From Candidatus Eiseniibacteriota bacterium (GTDB lineage: Bacteria; Eisenbacteria; RBG-16-71-46), in contig CAVZLN010000003.1 in assembly GCA_963776245.1 (NCBI GenBank), positions 192,001-256,000 on the forward strand: DNA of 64,000 bases, in the 5' to 3' direction. A program made the position numbers and the translations under genes. The first letter of the stretch is position 1; each line of letters opens with the position of its first letter. Under the pieces are notes generated by a model, which saw only the letters and a program-made list of their open reading frames with translations, was not told where the DNA came from and searched no databases. Positions 1-11,995 of this stretch are shown here, one piece after another.

Positions 1-2497
<2,497 letters not shown>

Positions 2498-2501
<4 letters not shown>

Positions 2502-3208
2502 GCCCCCGCCCCTTCCTTGCGCGTCCTGCCCCCCAGCACCAGCACCATCTCGCCTCGCCTCTGGTCGGGCCGCAGCGCCGCGCGCACCTCGCGCGCGGTC
2601 CCGCGCAGCACCTGCTCGTGCACCTTGGTCAGTTCGCGCGCCAGCGCGACGGGGCGCTCGCCCCACACCATCTCGAGATCCTCGAGGCACGCCTCGATGC
2701 GATGCGGCGACTCGAACGCCACCAGCGTCTCGCGCCGCTCGCTCCACTCCTCGAGCCGGCGACGGCGCGCCGCGCCCTTCACCGGCAGGAAGCCCATGAA
2801 CGTGAACGCATCGGTCGGGAGCCCGCTCACCTGGAGCGCCGCGATCACCGCGCACGGTCCCGGCACGCTCTCGACCCGGAGGCCCTCCGCGACCGCGGCC
2901 CGCACCAGCGTGTACCCCGGGTCGCTCACCCCCGGGGAGCCCGCATCGGTCACCAGCGCCACCGCATCGCCCTCGTGGAGCCGCTTCAGCAGCCCCGGGA
3001 TGCGGGCGCGCTCGTTGTGCTCGAACACGCTCGTCACCGGGACCATGATCCCGAAGTGGACGAGCAGACGGCGGGTGTGCCGGGTGTCCTCGGCGGCCAC
3101 CAGCGACACCTCGCCGAGCACGCGCAGCGCGCGCCGCGTGATGTCCTCGAGGTTGCCGATGGGGGTCGCCACCAGGAACAGAGTCCCCGGCGGCCGTGCG
3201 TCGGTCAC
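2498..3208 (-). CDS. rsmI: 16S rRNA (cytidine1402-2'-O)-methyltransferase
   Basis: [44 protein letters not shown]. Confidence 0.95.
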
Positions 3209-3344
3209 AGGTGTCCTTCGGAGCCCGCGGGCGAACCCGCTTCCGTGTCACAAACCGGCGCAACGTAGCACGGGGGTTGCCGAGCGTCCACCGGAACGCG
3301 TCCGGGCCCCGCGCCGCGCGCGAACCGACGCATCCGCACGCGGT

Positions 3345-4412
3345 TCAGCGGGCCGCCGGCACACGCTCCACGATCGCCTCGCGGAACGCGCCGACCGCTC
3401 GCTCGATCCCCGCGTCATCCACGTCGAGGTGGACGATGGCGCGCAACCGCCGCGCCCCGAACGGCACCATGCGCACGCCGCGCCCGGCCAGCGCGGCGAG
3501 CACCGCGGCCGGGTCGAGCGCCGGATGCTCGAGGGTGGCGATCACGATGTTGGTGTCGGGCTCCTCCACCTTCACCCCGGGCGCCGCCCGGAATCCGGCC
3601 GCCAGCCGCCGGGCCCGCGCGTGGTCCTCCGCGAGCCGCTCGACGTGGTGGTCGAGCGCGTGCAGGCACGCGGCGGCGAGGATGCCCACCTGGCGCATGC
3701 CGCCGCCCCAGCGCTTGCGGGCGCGGCGCGCGGCGCGGACGATCTCCGCCGGGCCGGCCAGGATGGAACCCACCGGGGCCCCGAGCCCTTTCGAGAAGCA
3801 CATCATCACGGTGTCCGCGCAAGCCGCCCACTCGCGGATCGGCACGCCGGTCGCCACGCTCGCGTTCCACAGCCGCGCGCCGTCGAGGTGCACGCGCAGG
3901 CCGCGCGCGCGCGCCGCGGCGGCGAGCGCGCCCAGCGTGGCGAGCGGCACGATCGCGCCGCCGTGGCGGTTGTGCGTGTTCTCGAGGCACAGCAGCGAGA
4001 GGCGCGCGACGTGGTCGTCGGCCGCCGCGTCGCGCCACGCCGACTCGATCGCCGCGGGCTCGAAGGCGCCGCGCGCGCCCTTCACCACGTGGGCGAGGCA
4101 GCCCGAGCTCGCCGCGATGCCGCCCTGCTCGTAGAGGAAGATGTGCGATTCGGCCTCGAGCATCACCTCGTCGCCGGGCCGCGTGAGCGCATGCACCGCG
4201 AGCTGGTTCCCCATGGTGCCGCTCGGCACGTAGAGCGCGGCCTCCTTGCCGGCCAGCTCCGCGACGCGGCGCTCGAGCGCCTGCACGGTCGGGTCGTCGC
4301 CGAACACGTCGTCGCCGACTTCGGCCTCGGCCATGGCGCGGCGCATGGCCGCGGTGGGACGGGTGACGGTGTCGCTGCGCAGGTCGATGGCGGGCGGCGC
4401 GGCTGGGGGCAT
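3345..4412 (-). CDS. ltaE: low-specificity L-threonine aldolase
   Basis: [50 protein letters not shown]. Confidence 0.9.
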   Translation of the reverse strand: MPPAAPPAIDLRSDTVTRPTAAMRRAMAEAEVGDDVFGDDPTVQALERRVAELAGKEAALYVPSGTMGNQLAVHALTRPGDEVMLEAESHIFLYEQGGIAASSGCLAHVVKGARGAFEPAAIESAWRDAAADDHVARLSLLCLENTHNRHGGAIVPLATLGALAAAARARGLRVHLDGARLWNASVATGVPIREWAACADTVMMCFSKGLGAPVGSILAGPAEIVRAARRARKRWGGGMRQVGILAAACLHALDHHVERLAEDHARARRLAAGFRAAPGVKVEEPDTNIVIATLEHPALDPAAVLAALAGRGVRMVPFGARRLRAIVHLDVDDAGIERAVGAFREAIVERVPAAR

Positions 4413-4705
4413 GGCGTGGACTCCGGGCGAGGGCGTGGAACCGGCGGGAACGTGGCCGGCAGGATACGACAGCGGGCGTCCGATCTTGCATCGACCGGGC
4501 GCCGCCTGCACCGCCACTTGACACCCGCTGGCCGGCGATGCCTTCTCATGGGAGGTGAGTCCCCCCGCCACCGGGCGGGGCGGGCTCGTGTCCGATTCCG
4601 GGGAACTGCGGGGGGTCGCCCCGCATCCCGACGAGCGGTGCGCCGACCAGCCGGCGTGCCGCCCCGAGGGCCGGGCGGACCAGACCCCCGAAGGAGTGAT
4701 GACCC

Positions 4706-5407
4706 GTGCCTTTCCTCGGTTTCGGCTTCGATCCCACCTTCTTCATGCTGATCCCGGCGATGATCTTCGCCATGTGGGCGCAATGGAAGGTCCAGAGCAC
4801 CTACCGGAAGTACAGCGAGGTGCGCGCCGCGAACGGGATGACCGGACGTCAGATGGCCGCCTCCATCATGACGCGCAATGGCGTCAGCGACGTGACCATC
4901 GAGGCGGTGGGCGGGACGCTGAGCGACCACTACGACCCGCGGGCGAAGGCGGTGCGGCTGTCCGAGCCGATCTACTCGGGCGACTCGATCTCGGCGATCG
5001 CGGTCTCGGCGCACGAGGTCGGTCACGTGCTCCAGCACGCGCAGGGCTATGCGCCGCTGGCGATGCGCTCCGCGCTCGCGCCGGTGGCGAGCTTCGGCAG
5101 CATGCTGGCCACGCCGCTGTTCTTCATCGGATTCCTGTTCGGCGGGCACTCGTTCGGCTGGCTGATGGACCTCGGCATCCTGTTCTTCACCGGCGCGGTG
5201 GTGTTCACGTTGATCACGCTGCCGGTGGAGTTCGACGCCTCACGGCGCGCGCTGGCGCAGCTGACCTCGAGCGGCTCCATCGCGCCCGACGAGGTGAACG
5301 GCGCGCGCAAGGTGCTGGACGCGGCGGCGCTGACCTACGTGGCGGCCGCGGGGATGGCGGCGCTCCAGCTGGTGCGATTGCTGGTGCTGCGCAACAGTCG
5401 CGACTAG
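4706..5407 (+). CDS. YugP-like membrane zinc metallopeptidase
   Basis: LSDHYDP, AHEVGH (HExxH), [30 protein letters not shown] upstream. Confidence 0.88.
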   Translation: MPFLGFGFDPTFFMLIPAMIFAMWAQWKVQSTYRKYSEVRAANGMTGRQMAASIMTRNGVSDVTIEAVGGTLSDHYDPRAKAVRLSEPIYSGDSISAIAVSAHEVGHVLQHAQGYAPLAMRSALAPVASFGSMLATPLFFIGFLFGGHSFGWLMDLGILFFTGAVVFTLITLPVEFDASRRALAQLTSSGSIAPDEVNGARKVLDAAALTYVAAAGMAALQLVRLLVLRNSRD

Positions 5408-5453
5408 CGAGGCGGGATGTTGCGGCCGCGCGGGGGGCGCGGGCCGGACGGGC

Positions 5454-5732
5454 TCAGGCCTGCGCGACCTGGTCCTTGAGTTCCTTGGACACCTTGAACA
5501 CCGGCACCTTGCGCGCGGCCACCGGCACCGCTTCCCCGGTGCGCGGGTTGCGCGCGATGCGGGGCTTGCGGTCCTTCACCCGGAAGGTGCCGAAGCCGCG
5601 GATCTCGATGTGGTGACCGTTCGCGAGCGCTTTGGCGACCGCGTTGAGGAACGAATCCACGGTCTCCGCGACATCCTTCTTGGTGAGTCCCGTGCGCTCG
5701 GCGATCTGGTCCACGATATCGGCTTTGGTCAT
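5454..5732 (-). CDS. hup: HU/IHF family DNA-binding protein
   Basis: MTKADIVDQIA, IEIRGFGTF, ARNPRTGE, PVFKVSKELK. Confidence 0.9.
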   Translation of the reverse strand: MTKADIVDQIAERTGLTKKDVAETVDSFLNAVAKALANGHHIEIRGFGTFRVKDRKPRIARNPRTGEAVPVAARKVPVFKVSKELKDQVAQA

Positions 5733-5799
5733 TCCACCCTCCTCGAGCCGGCGGCCAAGGGGGTCTACCCTGGCTCGATATCCCGGCGAAGTCAGCGGC

Positions 5800-5829
5800 A
5801 GGCTAGCAAGCCTATCGAAGGCCTGTCAA
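5800..5829 (-). promoter_or_regulatory. sigma70-like promoter for the HU gene
   Basis: Minus strand reads TTGACA-N18-TAGCCT with TG just upstream of the -10. Confidence 0.55.
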
Positions 5830-5860
5830 TGCATTCTTGGACAAGGCCTTGGGGCATTCG

Positions 5861-6820
5861 TCAGCCGCCGGCGCTCCGGTCCACGTCCTCCCCGAGCGCG
5901 CGCCGGCGCGCGCGTTCGATGGGGTGGCGCCCGGCGCGCTCGAGCGCGGCGCGCAGTCGGGGCCGGCCGGCGGCGTCCTCGGCCTGCCACTCGCGCGCGA
6001 AGTCGCCGCTCCGGATCTCGCGCAGGATCTCCTGCATCGCGGAACGGGACTCCGCGCCGATGACGCGCGGCCCGCGCGTCACGTCCCCGTAGAGCGCGGT
6101 GCCGCTGATGCCGCGTCGCATCCCGCCGACGCCGCCGGCGTGGAGCGACTCGGCGAGGTAGCGCAACTGATGCACGCACTCGAGGTAGGCGACCTCGGGC
6201 GAGTACCCCGCCGCGACCAGGGTCTCGAAGGCGGCCGTGACCAGCGCATTCATGCCCCCGCACAGCACGGCCTGCTCGCCGAACAGGTCCACCTCGGTCT
6301 CCTCGCGCACCGTGGTGCGCCAGGTGGGGGCGCACCCGATGCCGGCCGCCCACTCCTCGGCCAGCGCCCACGCCGCGCCGCTCGCGTCGCGATGCACCGC
6401 GAGGTAGGCGGGCAGCCGGTCGTCGCGCAGGCGCGCCGCGCGCAGCACGTGCCCGGGCGCGGTGGGCGCGACCAGGACCACGTCGGCGCCGGCCGGCGGC
6501 TCGAGCGCCGAGTAGAGCAGGTTGAACCCGTGCGCGAACACGAACGCGCACGACGGGCGCGCCGCCGCCGCGAGAGCCGGCCAGGCGCCGGGCACGGCCT
6601 CGTCGGGCAGCAGCACGGCGAGCACGTCCGCGCGCCGCGCCGCCTCGTCGAGCGTGAGCGTCTCGAAGCCGTGCGCGCGCGCGCGCGCCTCGGCCCCCCG
6701 CCCCGCGCGCGCGCCGACGATCACGCGATGCCCCGCGTCCCGCAGGTTGAGCGCCTGGGCCTCGCCCTGATGGCCGAAGCCCGCCACCGCGATGGTCGCG
6801 CGCTCGAGCGTGCTGGTCAT
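5861..6820 (-). CDS. ilvC: ketol-acid reductoisomerase
   Basis: GFGHQGEAQALNLRD, FAHGFN, ETEVDLFGEQAVLCGG, AYLECVHQL, ISGTALYG. Confidence 0.9.
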   Translation of the reverse strand: MTSTLERATIAVAGFGHQGEAQALNLRDAGHRVIVGARAGRGAEARARAHGFETLTLDEAARRADVLAVLLPDEAVPGAWPALAAAARPSCAFVFAHGFNLLYSALEPPAGADVVLVAPTAPGHVLRAARLRDDRLPAYLAVHRDASGAAWALAEEWAAGIGCAPTWRTTVREETEVDLFGEQAVLCGGMNALVTAAFETLVAAGYSPEVAYLECVHQLRYLAESLHAGGVGGMRRGISGTALYGDVTRGPRVIGAESRSAMQEILREIRSGDFAREWQAEDAAGRPRLRAALERAGRHPIERARRRALGEDVDRSAGG

Positions 6821-6907
6821 GCTCCGGTCCTCCGTCTCCCGGAAGTCGGACGCCGCGCGCCCCGGTCCAGCGGGTCGCGCGGCGTCCGGTGCTTCCGGCT
6901 CCCGCGG

Positions 6908-8356
6908 CTACTTCCTGGGGGCGCCCGAGGCCGTGGCCGGGGCGGCCCAGTCGGACTTCATCACCAGGTTGCCGGCCTTGAAGTGGAACGCCAGCCCCTT
7001 GGTCCAGTACACCCAGGTCAGATACGTGTCCGGATCGGAGCGCCATTCGAGGATCTGATCCGGCTTCCCGGCCGCCTTCAGCGTGTTGACCTCGGCGGGC
7101 GCGGTGGCCGCGGCGGCGGCGGCCGCCGCGTCGGCGACCGGCTTGCCGCTGCGCAGCGCCAGGAACACCATCGCCTCCTCCTGGCTCTTGGCCTTGTTGC
7201 CCCCGCGGTCGTACGCCATCCCCAGACGCTGATGGAGCTCGGGCTTCTTGGGGTCCTTCAGGATCGCCTTGTGGATGAGCGCCACCGCCTCGTCGAACTT
7301 GCCCTGCTCGATCAGGCAGGTCCCCAGCGCGCGGACCACGTCGGCGTCGTCCGGGTTGAGGGCGAGCGCGCGGCGGAACTGCGCCTCGGCCTTCACCGCT
7401 TCGCCGCCGTTCTGGAGCGCCACGCCCGCGTTGTACGCGAGGTCGAACTCGGCCGGGCGCACGGCGCCGGCCCGCGCCCACGCCTCCCCGGCGGACCGGA
7501 ACAGCCGCTTCTTGGTGGTGTCCGCGGCCGCGCCCGCCATCTCGAAGTACGCGTTCCCGAGGCCCAGCAGCAGATCGGCGTTCGTGGGTTCGGCCACCAG
7601 CAGCTCGGTGTAGAACGCCACCGCCTCGTCGTACCGCTTCTCGTTGGTGAGCTTGAGCGCCTTGTTCTTGCGCAGGTTCAGCATCGAGCCGGTGAGCAGG
7701 GTGTCGCCGGGAGCGACCTCGAGGCCGCTCTTGAACGTGGCCTCGGCGGCGTCGAAGTCGCCGAGGAACTGGTGCGCCTGGCCCATGCTCAGGTAGGCCA
7801 CCGGGTCCTCGGGCTTGAGCAGCCGCGCCTTGACGAAGCTCTCGATCGCCGAGGCGTACTTGGCGCGCGCGTCGTTGAACATCCGGACCTCGGCGTCGCT
7901 GCTGTCCTTCGGCTTGAGCCCCATCTCGGGGTAGAGCTCCTGGGCGGCCTTCATCTTGTTGATGCCGTCGTTGTAGTAGCGCACCCAGTAGCCCTGGCGA
8001 TTGTCCTTCCACTGCTGGAGCTTCTTGTCGCCCTTGGCGGCGAGGCCGTCGAGCGCCTTCTTGAACGCCCGCCCCGCCGGTCCGGCGCTGTCGAGCTCGC
8101 AGTAGGCCCAGCCGAGGTAGCCCATCGCCTCGAAGTCGGCCGGGTCGCCCTCGGCGCACATCTCGAGCTGCTGGACCGCCTTCACCATCTGGTTGTGGTA
8201 GTCCTCGGTGTTGCCCTTGTCCTTGTCGCGCATGCCGCCCACGACATACTGGATGCCGCCGGCGCAGTGCTCGTTGCGAGCCTGGACGGCATCGCCGAGC
8301 GCCAGCGCCGTCAGCGCAGCCACCGCCGCACCGATCGCGAACGGACGAAGCTTCAC
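6908..8356 (-). CDS. secreted tetratricopeptide-repeat protein
   Basis: GTG start after GAGGAGG; signal peptide; multiple TPR-like helices (e.g. AEAQFRRALALNPDDADVVRALG). Confidence 0.8.
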   Translation of the reverse strand: MKLRPFAIGAAVAALTALALGDAVQARNEHCAGGIQYVVGGMRDKDKGNTEDYHNQMVKAVQQLEMCAEGDPADFEAMGYLGWAYCELDSAGPAGRAFKKALDGLAAKGDKKLQQWKDNRQGYWVRYYNDGINKMKAAQELYPEMGLKPKDSSDAEVRMFNDARAKYASAIESFVKARLLKPEDPVAYLSMGQAHQFLGDFDAAEATFKSGLEVAPGDTLLTGSMLNLRKNKALKLTNEKRYDEAVAFYTELLVAEPTNADLLLGLGNAYFEMAGAAADTTKKRLFRSAGEAWARAGAVRPAEFDLAYNAGVALQNGGEAVKAEAQFRRALALNPDDADVVRALGTCLIEQGKFDEAVALIHKAILKDPKKPELHQRLGMAYDRGGNKAKSQEEAMVFLALRSGKPVADAAAAAAAATAPAEVNTLKAAGKPDQILEWRSDPDTYLTWVYWTKGLAFHFKAGNLVMKSDWAAPATASGAPRK

Positions 8357-8370
8357 GGTTTCCTCCTCGT

Positions 8371-9099
8371 TTACATGAGGCGGGTGCCGTTCACGGTCAG
8401 GCCGAACGTGGCCCCCAGGAACGACGCCGCCTTGCGCGACGCGAGCAGCCGCGTCATGAAGATCTCGAAGTACTCCATCACCTGCGAGATGCCGGTGTCC
8501 ACGGCGAGCTCCAGGGTGATCTGCTTGCCGGCTTCGTCCACGTTCAGGAACGACTTCTGCACCGCGTAGTTCACGCGATCGTGGATGTCGAACCGGATCA
8601 TGTCCGGATTGCGCACCCGGCTCCGATGCACATCGCTCTTGTCCGCCAGGATGAGGGCCGCGCACACCGCGTGCACCGGATCGCCGTCGGACTCGTGGTG
8701 ATTGCCGATGGCCGAGATCACGGTGATGATCTCCTCGTCGGGCATCTGCATGTCGCTCAGGATCTGCATCGCCATGACCGCCCCGCTCTGGGCGTGGTGG
8801 TCGCGGTTCACCACGTTGCCGATGTCGTGCAGGTAGCCCGCGATGCGCGCCAGCTCCACGTCGCGCTCGGGGTAGCCCAACCGCTTGAGGATGTTCCCGG
8901 CGATGTTCGCGACCAGTCCCACGTGCCGTTCGCCGTGTTCGGTATAGCCGATCTTCTCGAGCGACTCGTCCGCCTTGCGGATGTGCAGCTTCACCCGGGG
9001 ATGGTCCTTGACCATCTCGAAGGTGACGCGGGCGCCCGGGGCGCCGGCAGGCGCCGCGGCATCCGGGTGGACGTGGTTGGGCGAGTGGTGTCGGGTCAT
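8371..9099 (-). CDS. HD-domain phosphohydrolase
   Basis: TEHGERH, YLHDIGN, IGNHHE, ILADKSD. Confidence 0.85.
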   Translation of the reverse strand: MTRHHSPNHVHPDAAAPAGAPGARVTFEMVKDHPRVKLHIRKADESLEKIGYTEHGERHVGLVANIAGNILKRLGYPERDVELARIAGYLHDIGNVVNRDHHAQSGAVMAMQILSDMQMPDEEIITVISAIGNHHESDGDPVHAVCAALILADKSDVHRSRVRNPDMIRFDIHDRVNYAVQKSFLNVDEAGKQITLELAVDTGISQVMEYFEIFMTRLLASRKAASFLGATFGLTVNGTRLM

Positions 9100-9168
9100 G
9101 TCATCGACCTTCTGGTGCGGGAAGGATGCCAGCGTCCGGGCGCGCGCCGCGGTTCAACGGGCGCGGCG

Positions 9169-9198
9169 ACTGTAGGACTGCAAGTCTCGATGCGTCAA
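9169..9198 (-). promoter_or_regulatory. sigma70-like promoter for the HD/TPR genes
   Basis: Minus strand reads TTGACG-N18-TACAGT. Confidence 0.45.
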
Positions 9199-9382
9199 GG
9201 GGCTGCCCGCGCGCCGCCGCGCCGGCCGCGCGCCCGGGGCGGCGTGCGGCGGCCGCCGCCGCAAGGATGTGTGGCGGCGCCGGACCGGGTGTGGCGGGGC
9301 GGGGACACGGCGGCCGGGGGGCGCGCGCCGCGGCGGGGCCCCGCGGCTTCCCGCATCGCGCGCCATGGACGCGCGCCCCGGG

Positions 9383-11395
9383 CTACAGCACCTCCACCGG
9401 GTCGATGTCGGCCACCACCCGGACCGTGCGCTTGCGCCCGTGCTCCTCGGCGGCCGCGAGCGCGGCGGCGGCGACGCCGCGCAGACTCGGCGCGCCCGCT
9501 CCCTTGAGCAGCAGGTGCCAGCGATGCCGGCCGCGCAGCCGCGCGAGCATCTGCGGCGCGGGACCGAGCACGCGCACCCCGGCCGCCGCGGCGGCCGGCG
9601 CGATGCCCTCGGCCACCGCGGTGGCGACGCGCTCCACCTCACCCGCGTCGGCGCCCGTGAACAGCACCGCGGCGAGGCGCACGTAGGGCGGATAGCCCGC
9701 TTCGCGGCGGGTCGCCAGTTCGCCGTCCACGAACGCCGACGCGTCGTGGTGCGCGGCCGCGAGGACCGCGGCGTGGTCCGGGGTGCAGGTCTGCACGAAC
9801 ACCTCGCCCGGGGTCTTCCCGCGCCCGGCGCGGCCCGACACCTGGACCAGCAACTGCCAGGTGCGCTCGGCGGCGCGGAAGTCGGGCAGGTGGAGCGCCA
9901 CGTCGGCGTCGAGCACGCCCACCAGCGTGACGCGCGGGAAGTCGAGCCCCTTGGCGATCATCTGCGTCCCCAGCAGCACGTCGCCCTCGCCGCGGGCGAA
10001 CGCGCCGAGCACGCGCGCGGGCTCGCTGCGATCGCGCGCCACGTCGGTGTCGAGGCGCAGCACGCGCGCCGCGGGGAACGCCCCCCTCAGCTCGCGCTCG
10101 GCGCGCTGGGTGCCTCCGCTCGAGAAGCGCAGCAGCGCCGCGCCGCAGCGCGGGCAGCCCGGGCCGGCGTCGGCGCGGTGGTCGCAGTAGTGACAGCGCC
10201 ACGCGCGCGGGCTGACGTGCAGCGTGAGCGTGATGTCGCAGTGCGGGCACTCGGGCACCCAGCCGCAGCCGCGGCACTGGGTGTGGTGCGAGTGGCCGCG
10301 GCGGTTGAGGAACAGCAGCGACTGCTCGCCGCGCTCGAGCCGGGCCGCGAGCGCGGCGCGCAGCGGACGCGAGAGCAGCTCGCCCCCCGCGCCCTCGCGG
10401 CGCAGGTCCACCACCCGGACCGCGGGCAGCCGGCGGTGGTCCACGCGCTCCGGGAGCGCCAGCCGGCGGTACTTGCCGCGCCCGGCGTTCGCGAGCGACT
10501 CGAGGCTCGGGGTCGCCGAGCCGAGCACCACCGGGATGCCGAGCAACTGCGCGCGCCGCACCGCCACGTCCCGCCCGTGGTAGCGCAGCATCTCACTCTG
10601 CTTGTAGGCCGGCTCGTGCTCCTCGTCCACCACGATGAGCCGCAGCGCCGGGAGCGGCGCGAACACGGCCGAGCGGGCGCCGACCACCACGTCGAGCGCG
10701 CCGCGGCTCGCCAGCTCCCAGTTGCGCCGCCGTTCGCCCACCGAGAGGTAGGAGTGCAGCACCCCGACGCGTCCGCCGAAGCGCTGCGCGAACGCGGCGA
10801 CCACCTGCGAGCCCAGCGCCACCTCGGGCACCAGCACCAGGGTCTGGCCGCCGGACTCGCGCGCGGCGCGCGCGGCGCGCAGGTAGACCTCGGTCTTCCC
10901 GCTGGCGGTGACGCCGTGGAGCAGCAGCGCCTCGAACGCGTGCTTCGCGACCGCCGCCTCGACCGTGCGCACCGCCGCCGCCTGCTGCGGCGTGAGCGTG
11001 ATGCGCTCCGGGATCGCCAGCCGCATCACCGCGTCCTCGCTGGCGCCGGTGCGCGCGCGGCTCCGCGCGAAGCCCTCGAGCCCGCCGGGCAGCGTGGCCG
11101 CGAGCACCTCGCCGAGCGGCGCCAGGTAGTAGTCCGCGATCCAGCGCGCGAGCGCGAGCAGGTGGGCCGACACCGGGGGCGCGGCGAGCACCGCGGCGAG
11201 ATCCAGCACCTTCCCGGCCGGCGCGTCGGGCGGCGCCTCGGCCGCGACCTCGACCACGAACCCGCGCGCGGCACGGTTGCGGAACGGCACCGTGACCTGC
11301 ACGCCGGTCTTCACGCGCGCGGCGAGGGCGTCGGGGATGCGGTAGACGAAGGTGCGGCGCAGCGGCAGGGGCAGCGCGACCCGGGCGAAGGCCAT
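9383..11395 (-). CDS. priA: primosomal protein N'
   Basis: LLHGVTASGKTEVY, VDEEHE, GSATPSLES, four CxxC pairs, GTQMIAKGLDFP, QVSGRAGR. Confidence 0.95.
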   Translation of the reverse strand: MAFARVALPLPLRRTFVYRIPDALAARVKTGVQVTVPFRNRAARGFVVEVAAEAPPDAPAGKVLDLAAVLAAPPVSAHLLALARWIADYYLAPLGEVLAATLPGGLEGFARSRARTGASEDAVMRLAIPERITLTPQQAAAVRTVEAAVAKHAFEALLLHGVTASGKTEVYLRAARAARESGGQTLVLVPEVALGSQVVAAFAQRFGGRVGVLHSYLSVGERRRNWELASRGALDVVVGARSAVFAPLPALRLIVVDEEHEPAYKQSEMLRYHGRDVAVRRAQLLGIPVVLGSATPSLESLANAGRGKYRRLALPERVDHRRLPAVRVVDLRREGAGGELLSRPLRAALAARLERGEQSLLFLNRRGHSHHTQCRGCGWVPECPHCDITLTLHVSPRAWRCHYCDHRADAGPGCPRCGAALLRFSSGGTQRAERELRGAFPAARVLRLDTDVARDRSEPARVLGAFARGEGDVLLGTQMIAKGLDFPRVTLVGVLDADVALHLPDFRAAERTWQLLVQVSGRAGRGKTPGEVFVQTCTPDHAAVLAAAHHDASAFVDGELATRREAGYPPYVRLAAVLFTGADAGEVERVATAVAEGIAPAAAAAGVRVLGPAPQMLARLRGRHRWHLLLKGAGAPSLRGVAAAALAAAEEHGRKRTVRVVADIDPVEVL

Positions 11396-11511
11396 GCGCG
11401 CACTCTACAACAGCGGCGGAGGCGCGACGGCGGGGCGGGGAAGCGGCGCGCGGCAGGCGCGCGGTGCGGAGCGGGCGCGGCACGGGCTGGGCGACACGAC
11501 GCCCGGGCAGG

Positions 11512-11560
11512 CACGACAAAGCCGGGCCGGCGGCGCGGTTCCCCACACGCCGGCCCGGCC
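11512..11560 (-). terminator. possible intrinsic terminator of the signalling operon
   Basis: GCCGGGCCGGCG/CGCCGGCCCGGC hairpin followed by TTTGT on the minus strand, just past the REC gene stop. Confidence 0.45.
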
Positions 11561-11594
11561 TCCGGGAACGCGAAGGAGCGACGCGTCCGGAGGC

Positions 11595-11990
11595 TCAGGC
11601 CTGCATGCGGTTCGTGCTGGTCTGGCCGAGGATCGCGTTGATGCGTTCGACCAGCTTCCGGGGACTGAACGGCTTCGTGATGTAGTCGTCCGCACCCACC
11701 TCGAACCCGATCTTCTGGTCCACGTTGCGGCCCTTGGCCGACAGCAGGATCACCGGGATGTGCTTGGTGTTCTCGTCCGCCTTGAGCAGCTTGCACGTCT
11801 CGTAGCCGTCCAGCTTCGGCATCATGATGTCGAGGACGATGAGATCGGGATGCTCCGCTCTCGCCTTCTCGAGCGCCTGCTCCCCATCGAGCGCGGTCAG
11901 GACCTCGTAGCCCTCCATGCCGAGACTGAAATCCAGGATGTGCACGATGTAGATCTCATCGTCCACCACCAGGATCTTTCCCTTCGCCAT
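11595..11990 (-). CDS. single-domain response regulator
   Basis: MAKGKILVVDDE, IVLDIMMPKLDG, ILLSAK, GADDYITKPF; no output domain. Confidence 0.92.
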   Translation of the reverse strand: MAKGKILVVDDEIYIVHILDFSLGMEGYEVLTALDGEQALEKARAEHPDLIVLDIMMPKLDGYETCKLLKADENTKHIPVILLSAKGRNVDQKIGFEVGADDYITKPFSPRKLVERINAILGQTSTNRMQA

Positions 11991-11995
11991 CTTCG

